Notes under the pieces: model-generated
The model's database searches: none
Told to the model about the DNA's origin: nothing
What the model saw: only the letters and a program-made list of their open reading frames with translations
Translations under genes and position numbers: made by a program
Shown here: piece after piece, positions 17,533 to 25,868 of the stretch
Position numbering within the stretch: position 1 is the stretch's first letter
Layout: the number at the start of each line of letters is the position of its first letter
Origin: Alphaproteobacteria bacterium
GTDB lineage: Bacteria > Pseudomonadota > Alphaproteobacteria > UBA9655
Assembly: GCA_035531295.1 (NCBI GenBank)
Contig: DATKTE010000294.1
Location: 1-35,072 of the forward strand
Reading direction: 5' to 3'
DNA: 35,072 nucleotides

Positions 17533-17565
17533 TAAATGACTTTTACAATACGGATGAAATAGATC

Positions 17566-18126
17566 ATGACACAAACAATGAACCTTCCAAATATTATCAG
17601 CCTTGCTCGTTTATTAAGTGTCCCCCTTATTGTTTCACTCATTCTCTCCCATCAGTTGATGGCGGCCTTTATTCTTTTTACAATAGCGGGGCTATCTGAT
17701 GCCCTTGATGGTTTTTTGGCTCGTATTTTCAAAGCAAGAACAACGTTGGGGGCCTATTTAGATCCACTCGCCGATAAGGCCCTCTTAGTGGGAGTCTTTG
17801 CTGCCTTGGGACAGATCGGGCTTATTGAGCTTTGGGTCGTGATTCTTGTAGTTTTTAGGGATGTTCTTATTATTGGGGGGATTCTTCTTCTCTTCCTTTT
17901 TAAAAGTACTATTGAGATGAAGCCTTTAATGATCAGTAAAATCAATACAGTTGTTCAATTAGTTTATGCCCTTTTTGTTCTTGGCCAAGGGGAATTCTTT
18001 TTGGGAATTCCTGATTTAAATCTTTATTTTGGTTATTTTGTTGCATTAACGACCGTGCTTTCTGGCGTCAGCTATGTTAGGCTTGGGTTGAAATATTTCA
18101 ATAAGATGGATACTGCAAATCTGTGA
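17566..18126 (+). CDS. pgsA: CDP-diacylglycerol--glycerol-3-phosphate 3-phosphatidyltransferase
   Basis: CDP-alcohol phosphatidyltransferase motif DALDGFLARIFKARTTLGAYLDPLADKAL in a multi-TM protein of 186 aa. Confidence 0.85.
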   Translation: MTQTMNLPNIISLARLLSVPLIVSLILSHQLMAAFILFTIAGLSDALDGFLARIFKARTTLGAYLDPLADKALLVGVFAALGQIGLIELWVVILVVFRDVLIIGGILLLFLFKSTIEMKPLMISKINTVVQLVYALFVLGQGEFFLGIPDLNLYFGYFVALTTVLSGVSYVRLGLKYFNKMDTANL

Positions 18127-19226
18127 CTAAGAATCGTCAGATATGGCTTTGGGTCGGGTTGGGAGCTGTCCTGGTGGCATGCCTTTATTTCCTTCAAGGC
18201 ATCCTCTTGCCTTTTTTGACAGGTCTTTTAGTCGCCTATGCCATGAATCCTGCCGTTAGATGGTTTGAAAAATGGGGGATCTCTCGGACCTTAGGTACCG
18301 CTTTTATGATCCTTAGTTTTTTCCTTATCATCGGCATCATCCTTTTTATTGCCATCCCCTTTATCCAAACAGAACTTTTACGTCTAGCCTCCCGCGTCCC
18401 GCAATATGGGGAACGAATTTTAGCCGCTTTACGACCCCTATTAGAAGAAGCGTCTGGTTACATTGAGCCCAAAGATATAGAGCGTCTTCGTGAGCTCGCG
18501 AGCACCCACCTCGGCGAGCTCATAACGTGGGGGATTAAAGTCTTAGCGGGAATTTTGACAAGCGGGCTCGCACTTGCAAATCTGATCTCATTGATTGTCA
18601 TTACCCCAATCGTTGCTTTTTATTTTTTAAGGGACTGGAATAAAATGATACAGACGATTGATCGTTGGTTCCCTCGCCCTTTTAAATCCACCATAAGGGG
18701 TCTTTTTACAGAAATAAATGCAACTATTGGTGGGTTTGCAAAAGGACAAGCGCTTGTGTGTCTTATGCTTGGACTTTACTATTCAGTCGCTTTGACTTTG
18801 GCTAATCTTGATTTTAGCCTTGTTGTTGGTATGCTGATTGGCGTGATGGCCTTTATCCCCTATGTAGGCGCTCTTTTTGGCTTTATGCTCAGCATGGGAA
18901 TTGCCTTCGCGCAATTTACAGAATGGACCTCTATCGGTGTTGTAGCGGGAATATTTGTGGTGGGTCAGACCTTGGAAGGCTACCTTCTTATCCCTTATTT
19001 CGTGGGAGATCGCATTGGTCTGCACCCGGTTTGGGTACTCTTTGCCCTTTTGGCTGGGGGGGTTCTCTATGGATTCGTGGGGATTTTGTTTGCGCTACCC
19101 GTTGCAGCCGCTCTCGGTGTTCTGGTAAGGCATGCCCTTGCCCTTTATCTAAAAAGCCCCTATTACCTTGGACAATCCTCAACTCATCCAAAAAAGTCTC
19201 GTGAAACAGCTCATTCTCCCTCTTAA
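18123..19226 (+). CDS. AI-2E family transporter (PerM/UPF0118)
   Basis: 367 aa with about 8 TM segments. The layout is typical, with a long cytoplasmic loop and a C-terminal GG..YGF.GI..A.P. GTG start in a GTGA overlap with the pgsA stop. Confidence 0.75.
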   Translation: MTKNRQIWLWVGLGAVLVACLYFLQGILLPFLTGLLVAYAMNPAVRWFEKWGISRTLGTAFMILSFFLIIGIILFIAIPFIQTELLRLASRVPQYGERILAALRPLLEEASGYIEPKDIERLRELASTHLGELITWGIKVLAGILTSGLALANLISLIVITPIVAFYFLRDWNKMIQTIDRWFPRPFKSTIRGLFTEINATIGGFAKGQALVCLMLGLYYSVALTLANLDFSLVVGMLIGVMAFIPYVGALFGFMLSMGIAFAQFTEWTSIGVVAGIFVVGQTLEGYLLIPYFVGDRIGLHPVWVLFALLAGGVLYGFVGILFALPVAAALGVLVRHALALYLKSPYYLGQSSTHPKKSRETAHSPS

Positions 19227-19881
19227 ATTACCCCCAGCATTTGAGGACAAAGATTTTATCGTCTCGAGCTGCAATGAAAAGGCATATCTTTGGCTCATGC
19301 GCTGGCCAAATTGGCCAAATCATTGTCTTTCCATTTATGGAGATGGGGGATGTGGAAAAACTCACCTTTCTAACATTTGGCAAATGAATACAAAGGCTAG
19401 ATATCTTAAGGCCCAAGACTTTAATTCAATAGATTTAGAGACTCTTTTCGAAGAGCCAAAATTATTTATTCTAGATGACGCACATCTTATTGAAAAAGAA
19501 GAAAAATTTTTTCATCTCTATAACCACCTCATTGATTCAAAAGGGGGATTACTGCTTCTGTCGCGGACACCTGCCGCACACTGGGGAAAAAGTTTGCCAG
19601 ACTTGCGTTCACGTCTAAATGCTATTCCGGCAGTGAAAATTCATGGCCCCGATGAAAAACTTCTCTTTCAAGTTATTCAAAAACTTTTTAGCGATGTCCA
19701 ACTTCATGTTGAAGATACTGTTATATCCTTTCTCCTTAAGCATATGGAGAGATCTTTTGAGCAGGCTCGTTTCTGGGTTGAAACGCTCAACAGACTTGCC
19801 ATGACTCAAAACAGACGGGTTACAATTCCTTTGGTGCGAGAGGCTCTATTGGTTGAGGGGCTGGCTGAAATAGATCTGTAA
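19201..19881 (+). CDS. hdaA: DnaA regulatory inactivator HdaA
   Basis: QLILPLKLPPAFEDKDFIVSSCNEKAYLWLMRWPNWPNHCLSIYGDGGCGKTHLSNIW follows the alphaproteobacterial HdaA pattern (QL.L.L....gr.dF.vs..N..A...l..Wp.W......l.Gp.GsGKTHL). The start is uncertain: GTG 19201 is preferred and TTG 19168 is the track start. Both overlap the transporter gene. Confidence 0.8.
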   Translation: MKQLILPLKLPPAFEDKDFIVSSCNEKAYLWLMRWPNWPNHCLSIYGDGGCGKTHLSNIWQMNTKARYLKAQDFNSIDLETLFEEPKLFILDDAHLIEKEEKFFHLYNHLIDSKGGLLLLSRTPAAHWGKSLPDLRSRLNAIPAVKIHGPDEKLLFQVIQKLFSDVQLHVEDTVISFLLKHMERSFEQARFWVETLNRLAMTQNRRVTIPLVREALLVEGLAEIDL

Positions 19882-20347
19882 CCTCTCCTCCCCACCAATT
19901 CAAATCTTTCCAATGACTTATCGGAAACTGAAAACCAATAAGGGTTGCAGGTGTCACCCCTTCTATTAAAATCTCAGGAAAGACCTTCGTAAACTTCAGG
20001 GCAGTAAAGGCAATTCCCGGATTGTGACCAATATAAAGTACCTTGTCTTTCTGATCTGAAACTTGCTTTAGGTAACTAAGAATTTGATCTTCTGGGCTAT
20101 TGTAATAGCTCTTAGAAACGTCAATAGCGTCCGTGCCTATGACTGGGCGTAGAGGCTCTAATGTTTCACGTGCTCTTAAGGCGGCCGAACACATTACAAA
20201 ATCAAAGGTGATTTTTTCATTTTGAAGATAACTTGCAACTTCTTCTGCTTGCCTACGCCCTTTCTCATCTAAAGGACGATCAAAATCGGAAAGGCTAAGC
20301 TCACGTGGGGCGGCAAAGGCATGACGGAGGAGATAAAGTGTTTTCAT
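19820..20347 (-). CDS. sixA: Histidine phosphatase family protein, SixA-like
   Basis: N-terminal LYLLRHA catalytic motif and the ...SAALRARET... pattern, in a protein of 175 aa. Confidence 0.7.
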   Translation of the reverse strand: MKTLYLLRHAFAAPRELSLSDFDRPLDEKGRRQAEEVASYLQNEKITFDFVMCSAALRARETLEPLRPVIGTDAIDVSKSYYNSPEDQILSYLKQVSDQKDKVLYIGHNPGIAFTALKFTKVFPEILIEGVTPATLIGFQFPISHWKDLNWWGGEVTDLFQPAPQPIEPLAPKEL

Positions 20348-20402
20348 TCTTTAAGGTTACCAAAAATATCTTAAGATTGGAACCTTTCAACTCAATGGGT
20401 GC

Positions 20403-20765
20403 TTAAAAGGACATTGTTTCAAATTCAGGAAGAACTTTGAAAAAATCTTTTGTATATTCAATGGCTTTCTGCTCATCAAAGCTTTTGCATGTATAAAATA
20501 AGACAGAAAAGAACTTCGAAGAGCTCCAAACATAAGCCGAAATCCCCGAGTCAATCAACGGCACGAAAGCGTCAAACCCTTGATTTTCCTCCTTGCCCAT
20601 CCCAGTTGCTGGCGAAAAAATAATGGGATCGCCGTAAATCTTTAGATTAAGATGCTCTGCAACTCCCCTTAAATAAGCGTCCAGCATTTCCTTTGTCACT
20701 TCAATCGTATAAAAGGCTTCAATCATTAATCGCTGACGATAGATGTGGGGGGCAATATTTTTCAT
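20403..20765 (-). CDS. S-adenosylmethionine decarboxylase-like (PF02675-type) small protein, non-canonical
   Basis: About 120 aa. HIYRQRLMIEAF... and ...VPLIDSGISAYVWSS resemble the small prokaryotic AdoMetDC fold. The canonical processing/active segment LSESHI(S/T)IHTWPE is not conserved. Confidence 0.45.
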   Translation of the reverse strand: MKNIAPHIYRQRLMIEAFYTIEVTKEMLDAYLRGVAEHLNLKIYGDPIIFSPATGMGKEENQGFDAFVPLIDSGISAYVWSSSKFFSVLFYTCKSFDEQKAIEYTKDFFKVLPEFETMSF

Positions 20766-20929
20766 TATAAATCTCTTTCCTTATCTTCCTTAAGATTACC
20801 AGAGAAACAGAGTCTTATTCAAGGTTTGTTAAGCTTTAGTTTGAGTCTTGAGATGTGGGGAGAATCCTTCGGAAAGCGAGCCTCTATAATGTCGAGAGTT
20901 TGTCCCAAGTAATCATGCGCTTGCTTTTT

Positions 20930-20971
20930 AAATAAAAAGCCAAGAAAATAAATGCTCTCTTGGCTCTTTTT
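20930..20971 (-). terminator. Rho-independent terminator of rpmE
   Basis: The minus strand reads AGCCAAGA-GAGCATTTATT-TTCTTGGCT followed by TTTTATTTAAAAA. Confidence 0.65.
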
Positions 20972-20991
20972 GTTCTCTAAACGATAGGTCC

Positions 20992-21210
20992 TTAAAGACC
21001 CAAGTCTTTGAAACGTCCTTGGAATTTAGCAAGCTGGCCGCCTGTATCCAAGAGGCGATGAACACCGGTCCATGCGGGATGGGATTTGGGATCAATGTCA
21101 AGACGCAAGGTATCCCCTTCCTTTCCCCATGTGGAACGTGTTTTAAATTCTGTCCCGTCTGTCATCACGACTGTAATTTCATGATAATTTGGATGGATCT
21201 CTTTTTTCAT
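20992..21210 (-). CDS. rpmE: 50S ribosomal protein L31
   Basis: [27 protein letters not shown]...[13 protein letters not shown] is canonical L31. AAGGAG SD upstream. Confidence 0.95.
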   Translation of the reverse strand: MKKEIHPNYHEITVVMTDGTEFKTRSTWGKEGDTLRLDIDPKSHPAWTGVHRLLDTGGQLAKFQGRFKDLGL

Positions 21211-21313
21211 AACAAAATCTCCTTTTACTGAGGATGCTTATAGAATATTTCGCATATAATGTCTACGTTTGATTTTAGTAATGAGCGCTACAGGCAATGG
21301 CTTGGAAGATGTT

Positions 21314-21430
21314 TGGATTGCTTTGGCTCACAAGGAGTCTCGCAATGATGCTCTCCACCGGTCATCATGCGAGGAGCGTGAGCTTCGACACGCCTACGCC
21401 AAAGGCTATGCTGCGTCGAGAGCAATCCAG
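21314..21430. repeat. Palindromic MITE/RPE-like element, family A, copy 2 (intergenic)
   Basis: TGGATTGCTTTGGCTCAC...CTCGCAATGATG-CTCTCCACCGGT-CATCATGCGAG...GTCGAGAGCAATCCAG. It accounts for the spurious track ORF 21269-21454. Confidence 0.8.
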
Positions 21431-21460
21431 AAAATGGGAAGCTCTTACTCCTAAGAAACC

Positions 21461-22975
21461 TTACGCAAAATGAAGCCGTCGATAGCTTAAAGCTTCTGCA
21501 ATATGCGCACCCAACACAGTCGGTGATTCTCCCATGTCAGCAAGCGTACGTGCAACCCTCAACACTCGTCGATAGCCTCGCGCGGAAAGTTTGAAGTTCT
21601 CCGCAGCTTTTTTTAACAAAGCAAGGCCTGCTTCATCAGGGGTTGCAATCTCATCCAAAAGCTCTCCATCTGCATGGGCATTCTGGCGAATGGACACCCC
21701 TAAGGCTTGGTAGCGCGTTTCTTGAATCTGTCGTGCCCTATTAACACGAGCTGCAACTTGTGAACTGTGTTCCCCTGTTGCTTCACGGGTCAGGTCCGCG
21801 GCGGATACCTCTGGTACCTCGATATGCAAATCAATGCGATCAAAAAGCGGGCCTGAAATCTTTGATTGATAATCGAGAGCACATTTGGGAGCGCGAGAAC
21901 AAGCCCTGCTGGCATCAGATACGTAGCCACAGCGACAGGGATTCATTGCTGCTACAAGCTGAACTCTTGATGGATACGTCACATGGGCGTTGGCGCGTGC
22001 CACAACTGTTTTTCCTGACTCCAGAGGCTGGCGAAGGGCTTCAAGAGCTGCACGCTGGAATTCAGGGAGCTCATCTAAAAACAACACACCATGATGGGCG
22101 AGCGAGATTTCCCCCGGTTGCACCTTCAATCCTCCCCCTACCAGGGCCGGCATAGAGGCAGAATGGTGCGGATCTCTGAAAGGACGGTTGCGGATGAGCT
22201 TGCCTTCATTAAGCCTACCTGCCAAACTCTGGATCATCGTAACTTCCAAGGCTTCAGCCGGTGTTAAGGGTGGCAAAATGCCGGGAAGTCGTGCAGCCAA
22301 CATGGATTTTCCTGCGCCAGGCGGGCCTAGCATCAACAAATTGTGGCCACCAGATGCTGCCACCTCAAGAGCCCGTTTGGCAGTTTCTTGTCCCTTTATA
22401 TCTCGCAAATCAAGGACTTTTTGAATACCTTCCTCTTCCATTAAGGGCTCAGGTTTTGAGAGAACTTGCGTTCCTTTAAAATGATTTATAAGTGAAAGGA
22501 GAGAATCTGCCGCTAAAATATGGATGTCCCCTGCCCAGGCTGCCTCTCCTCCACACATTTTGGGACAAATAATCCCCTTATCCAGGGATGCTGCATGAAT
22601 AGCTGCAGGAAGAACGCCCGAAATGGGGGCAAGAAGGCCGTCTAAGGAAAGCTCTCCCAATACAATATATTCTGCAAGAATATCAGAAGGAATCACCTTC
22701 ATCGTGGCCAGAAGTCCCAAGGCAATAGGAAGATCATAATGGCTTCCTTCCTTTTGAACATCTGCTGGGGCGAGATTGATCGTTATACGTCGATAGGGAA
22801 GGGAAAGACCCATGGCATGGAAAGCGGAGCGCACGCGCTCTCTTGACTCTCCTACCGCTTTATCAGGCAATCCTACGATAGCAAAGCCAGGCATCCCAGA
22901 TGAAATCTGAACTTGGACGTCGATTGTGATGACATCGACTCCCTGAAAGGAAACCGTATTAAGACGCGAAAACAC
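21461..22975 (-). CDS. comM: YifB/ComM family ATPase (Mg-chelatase-like)
   Basis: N-terminal Lon-protease-like S5 domain (VDVQVQISSGMPGFAIVGLPDKAVGESRERVRSA), Walker A LMLGPPGAGKSMLA, GVLFLDELPEF, and a C-terminal Mg-chelatase domain. GTG start. Confidence 0.9.
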   Translation of the reverse strand: MFSRLNTVSFQGVDVITIDVQVQISSGMPGFAIVGLPDKAVGESRERVRSAFHAMGLSLPYRRITINLAPADVQKEGSHYDLPIALGLLATMKVIPSDILAEYIVLGELSLDGLLAPISGVLPAAIHAASLDKGIICPKMCGGEAAWAGDIHILAADSLLSLINHFKGTQVLSKPEPLMEEEGIQKVLDLRDIKGQETAKRALEVAASGGHNLLMLGPPGAGKSMLAARLPGILPPLTPAEALEVTMIQSLAGRLNEGKLIRNRPFRDPHHSASMPALVGGGLKVQPGEISLAHHGVLFLDELPEFQRAALEALRQPLESGKTVVARANAHVTYPSRVQLVAAMNPCRCGYVSDASRACSRAPKCALDYQSKISGPLFDRIDLHIEVPEVSAADLTREATGEHSSQVAARVNRARQIQETRYQALGVSIRQNAHADGELLDEIATPDEAGLALLKKAAENFKLSARGYRRVLRVARTLADMGESPTVLGAHIAEALSYRRLHFA

Positions 22976-23026
22976 TTTTCCTCCCTGCTCAGAATAACTG
23001 GTTACCCGATGAAGAAATGCAAGAGA

Positions 23027-23046
23027 CCGCGGGGTTACGCCCGCGG
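23027..23046 (-). terminator. GC-rich hairpin after the 308-aa hypothetical gene
   Basis: CCGCGGG-GTTACG-CCCGCGG. On the minus strand it is followed by UCUCUUGCAUUUCUUC. It lies in the 75-bp gap before comM. Confidence 0.5.
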
Positions 23047-23050
23047 AGCT

Positions 23051-23977
23051 TTACTGCAAGGTTTTGAGTATATCGCTATAATCTAGATTTTCATACTCTA
23101 TTTCTTTTTTCATTTCATTTTTTTCAGAAGGTGAAGGCTTAGGCTCTTCCATGACTTGTTTGATTAAAATAAGTTTATCTGGCTCAACCTTATAAGTATA
23201 CGTTCGCGTCAAAATATAACCATCTTTTGATAATATACTTAATATTTTTAGCTTAATGTTAAATTCATATAGTCCCCCCAACTCCTTTTCCTCGATGATT
23301 CGTTTTTCTTTTGGAGAGTACGTTGGGAAAGATATGGGCTGAATGTTGAGTTCATCCCTCACTTTTTTAATGGTGAAAGGACGCAAATTTGCCTGATAGG
23401 CCGCCATAAAGGGGCTGTAAATCAGAAGGTAAGTGTCGGGATAAAACTGCAAAAGATCAGTGGGGCCTGATGCCATGCTTTCCTCATCATCTGCCTTTAT
23501 CAGACCCTTCTTTTTAAGAAGATCAGAGATAAGAACATTTACGATATATAGCCTTTTATTGTAATCTGCTGGGAGCTTTTCGACACTCGTTTTTGTATCC
23601 ATCAAGTCATCAACCTTATTTGTGAAAATAACTTGGTGGATCAGTTCTTCGTTTAAGGTTTTCTCTTTGAGAAGAGCTTCTATTCTAGCTTCGTACTCTT
23701 TACGAAGCTGTTCTTCATCTGAAGGTCGGTTTTTAAGCCAATCCCCTTGTTCTGCTTTAAGTTTGAGAGGATTTTTTGAGTATTCCAGAGCTTGTCTGTA
23801 AATAAAGCTCATTGCAAAGTCGAGTCCTGGCAAATAAACTGAATTACAAATTGTGTTTTCAACAGGAGTTGTTGCTCTATCGCAATTTACACTTTTGCTA
23901 GCGCCAAGAGGGGACTCATGAAGAGAGAGGCTTATACTCATCAAAAAGATGAGCACCCCCAGGTTCTTTAATTGCAT
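23051..23977 (-). CDS. Hypothetical secreted protein with LprI/DUF1311-like N-terminal motif
   Basis: Has a signal peptide. CDRATTPVENTICNSVYLPGLDFAMSFIYRQAL...LKAEQGDWLKNR follows the C..A.t..E..iC....L..lD..m...Y...Q..Wl..R pattern. I do not recognise the roughly 220-aa remainder. Good AAGGAAG SD. Confidence 0.6.
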   Translation of the reverse strand: MQLKNLGVLIFLMSISLSLHESPLGASKSVNCDRATTPVENTICNSVYLPGLDFAMSFIYRQALEYSKNPLKLKAEQGDWLKNRPSDEEQLRKEYEARIEALLKEKTLNEELIHQVIFTNKVDDLMDTKTSVEKLPADYNKRLYIVNVLISDLLKKKGLIKADDEESMASGPTDLLQFYPDTYLLIYSPFMAAYQANLRPFTIKKVRDELNIQPISFPTYSPKEKRIIEEKELGGLYEFNIKLKILSILSKDGYILTRTYTYKVEPDKLILIKQVMEEPKPSPSEKNEMKKEIEYENLDYSDILKTLQ

Positions 23978-23991
23978 TGTGTGTTCTTCCT

Positions 23992-24570
23992 TTAAGGTGC
24001 TTTAGTAACCTCAATTAAATTAACAACTTTTTTAACCCCTGTAATGTCATAGGCAGCATCAACGACTCTTTGCATTTCTTCTTTTGAGTAAGCTGTCCCA
24101 AAAATATATATAACCTTATCAAAGGTAGTCACAAGATAATTAGGTGCCATAACATCTTCATCAGCATATAAGGATGCTTTCAATTTTGTGGTCATCCATG
24201 CGTCTCGGGTGTATTCTGAAAAGCCGTCTTCGCCTTCTATATTCATCCCATCAATGACGTCTTTAACGCCTGAAATGCTTCTGGCTGCGCGCACAGCAGA
24301 ACCTTTTGCCTTTTCACTTGTCGCAATGCCCGTTAAAAGCACACGTCCTTTATAGACCGTTACATCAATTTCTGAAGCATCTGCCAACTGATCGTATATT
24401 TCGGTATCCACTTTGATACGCAAGATTTGATCACTCGCAACGCCCGTAAGACCACGATCTTCAACAGCACTCATTCCAACAGTGCCAATCCCACCGACAG
24501 CAGCTAAACCACATCCTGAAAGCAGGATAGGAAGAAAAATAGTACATTTATTCCACATTTGAATCTCCAT
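23992..24570 (-). CDS. dolP: Dual-BON-domain outer-membrane lipoprotein, DolP (YraP)-like
   Basis: Lipobox LLSGC. It is collinear with E. coli DolP, e.g. DQILRIKVDTEIY...IDVTVYKGRVLLTGIATSEKAK versus DGTLEVRVNSALS...INVTAYQGKVLLVGQSPNAELS. There is a second BON ending GVKKVVNLIEV. The start is 24570 or 24558. Confidence 0.8.
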   Translation of the reverse strand: MEIQMWNKCTIFLPILLSGCGLAAVGGIGTVGMSAVEDRGLTGVASDQILRIKVDTEIYDQLADASEIDVTVYKGRVLLTGIATSEKAKGSAVRAARSISGVKDVIDGMNIEGEDGFSEYTRDAWMTTKLKASLYADEDVMAPNYLVTTFDKVIYIFGTAYSKEEMQRVVDAAYDITGVKKVVNLIEVTKAP

Positions 24571-24936
24571 TTACTGGGATAGCCAAGCTCCTTGAATATG
24601 ACAAGGCCATTTCCAGGGACAGATTAAGATGACATCAAATCGTAAATCAAGAGAGAAAGGATGGCGACTTAGATAATATAACAACGCTCGCTCAATCCGT
24701 CGCTTCTGGAAAGGAGTTACAGCCATTGATGCTTTTTCTAAAGTTAATCTGTTTTTTACTTCGATAGCGACGAGCGTTTTGCCCTTACGGACTAATAAAT
24801 CAATTTCTCCAACAGGCGTCTTAAACCGGCTTTCAAGAATTTCATACCCTTTAAAGCGCAGATAAACACTTGCAACTTTTTCTCCCCATTGGCCTTTAAG
24901 ATAGGCCCGTTTTCTTGGATTTAAGGGCAAGCGCAC
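24571..24936 (-). CDS. yraN: YraN family (UPF0102) endonuclease-like protein
   Basis: GQWGEKVASVYLRFKGYEILESRFKTPVGEIDLLVRKGKTLVAIEVK is the YraN core. The track start 25014 overlaps rsmI by 119 nt. I prefer GTG 24936 (alternatives GTG 24951 and TTG 24930). Confidence 0.75.
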   Translation of the reverse strand: MRLPLNPRKRAYLKGQWGEKVASVYLRFKGYEILESRFKTPVGEIDLLVRKGKTLVAIEVKNRLTLEKASMAVTPFQKRRIERALLYYLSRHPFSLDLRFDVILICPWKWPCHIQGAWLSQ

Positions 24937-25735
24937 GTTGATATACCTCACGTTTTGACAAGCCAAGGGCTTTTGAAACAAGGTCTGCAGCCTCTTTGAC
25001 AGAATGGGTGGCAAGAGCTATTTCCAACTGTGCCTCAAGATCCTCAATCGATAAAGAAGAAAATAAGGATGCTCCTTCAATCACAATCACGATCTCTCCC
25101 CGTGGTGGATGAGATTCAAAATGGGCAATGAGGCAAGAAAGCAATCCCTTTTGAACTTCTTCAAAAAGCTTCGTCATTTCCCTGCAAACGGCTCCTTGCC
25201 GATCCCCCAAGACGCTCAAAGCGTCCTTCAAAAAAGCGATTGTCCTTTTCGGAGATTCAAAAAAAAGAAGCGTCGGCCGGAGTGGTTTGAGTTCTTCGAG
25301 AGAGGCTTTTCGTGCCCCTTGTTTGGGGGGTAAAAACCCGCAAAAGAGAAACCGGTCTGGGGAAAGGCCAGAGAGGCAAAGAGCCATCACAGGTGCAGAT
25401 GGGCCAGGGATAACGGTATAGGGCAACTGTTCTTGTTGACAAGCCACCACAAGCTTAAACCCTGGGTCTGAAATCAGAGGCATTCCCCCGTCTGTGATAT
25501 AAGCAACTCTTTTTCCGTCCTTTAAAAGAGCCAAAATATGAGGCCGCACTTGCTCTGCATTGTGATCATGGTAGGACAGAAGGGGCTTAGAAATTCCATA
25601 GTGGTTGAGCAGTTTTGATGAAACGCGTTTATCTTCGCAGGCAATAAAGTCTGCATCTTTTAGGGTCTCAAGAGCCCTTAAGGTGATATCTTTTAAGTTT
25701 CCAATGGGTGTTGCGACGAGATAAAGCATCTTCAT
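24896..25735 (-). CDS. rsmI: 16S rRNA (cytidine1402-2'-O)-methyltransferase RsmI
   Basis: LYLVATPIGNLKDITLRALETLKDADFIACEDKRVSSKLLNHYGI and TDGGMPLISDPG are canonical RsmI. Confidence 0.9.
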   Translation of the reverse strand: MKMLYLVATPIGNLKDITLRALETLKDADFIACEDKRVSSKLLNHYGISKPLLSYHDHNAEQVRPHILALLKDGKRVAYITDGGMPLISDPGFKLVVACQQEQLPYTVIPGPSAPVMALCLSGLSPDRFLFCGFLPPKQGARKASLEELKPLRPTLLFFESPKRTIAFLKDALSVLGDRQGAVCREMTKLFEEVQKGLLSCLIAHFESHPPRGEIVIVIEGASLFSSLSIEDLEAQLEIALATHSVKEAADLVSKALGLSKREVYQRALALKSKKTGLS

Positions 25736-25796
25736 AACTTAAGTTGCTGCATCATCGTTGTAAAGGTTACATCATTTTAAAGTTACAACGACTCAC

Positions 25797-25820
25797 AAAA
25801 TGTTTCACGTGAAACATTTT
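25797..25820. repeat. 24-bp perfect palindrome AAAATGTTTCACGTGAAACATTTT (copy 1): terminator-like hairpin or operator
   Basis: Self-complementary over all 24 nt. It lies 49 nt after the bicupin stop and 62 nt before the rsmI start. A second copy is at 28861-28884. Confidence 0.7.
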
Positions 25821-25868
25821 TGGATGATCGAAAGAAGTTTAGATTGCGTCAGAGCAAAGCAATTCACC

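Noticed and set aside
20161-20172. ATGTTTCACGTG inside the sixA-like gene matches 12 nt of the 24-bp palindrome.
   Set aside because: Only a half-site plus the core is present, the right arm is missing, and it lies within a coding sequence. It is most likely chance.
21269-21454. 61-aa ORF between rpmE and comM.
   Set aside because: It is a read-through of the family-A palindromic repeat copy 2. It has no SD, and its sequence is dictated by the repeat.
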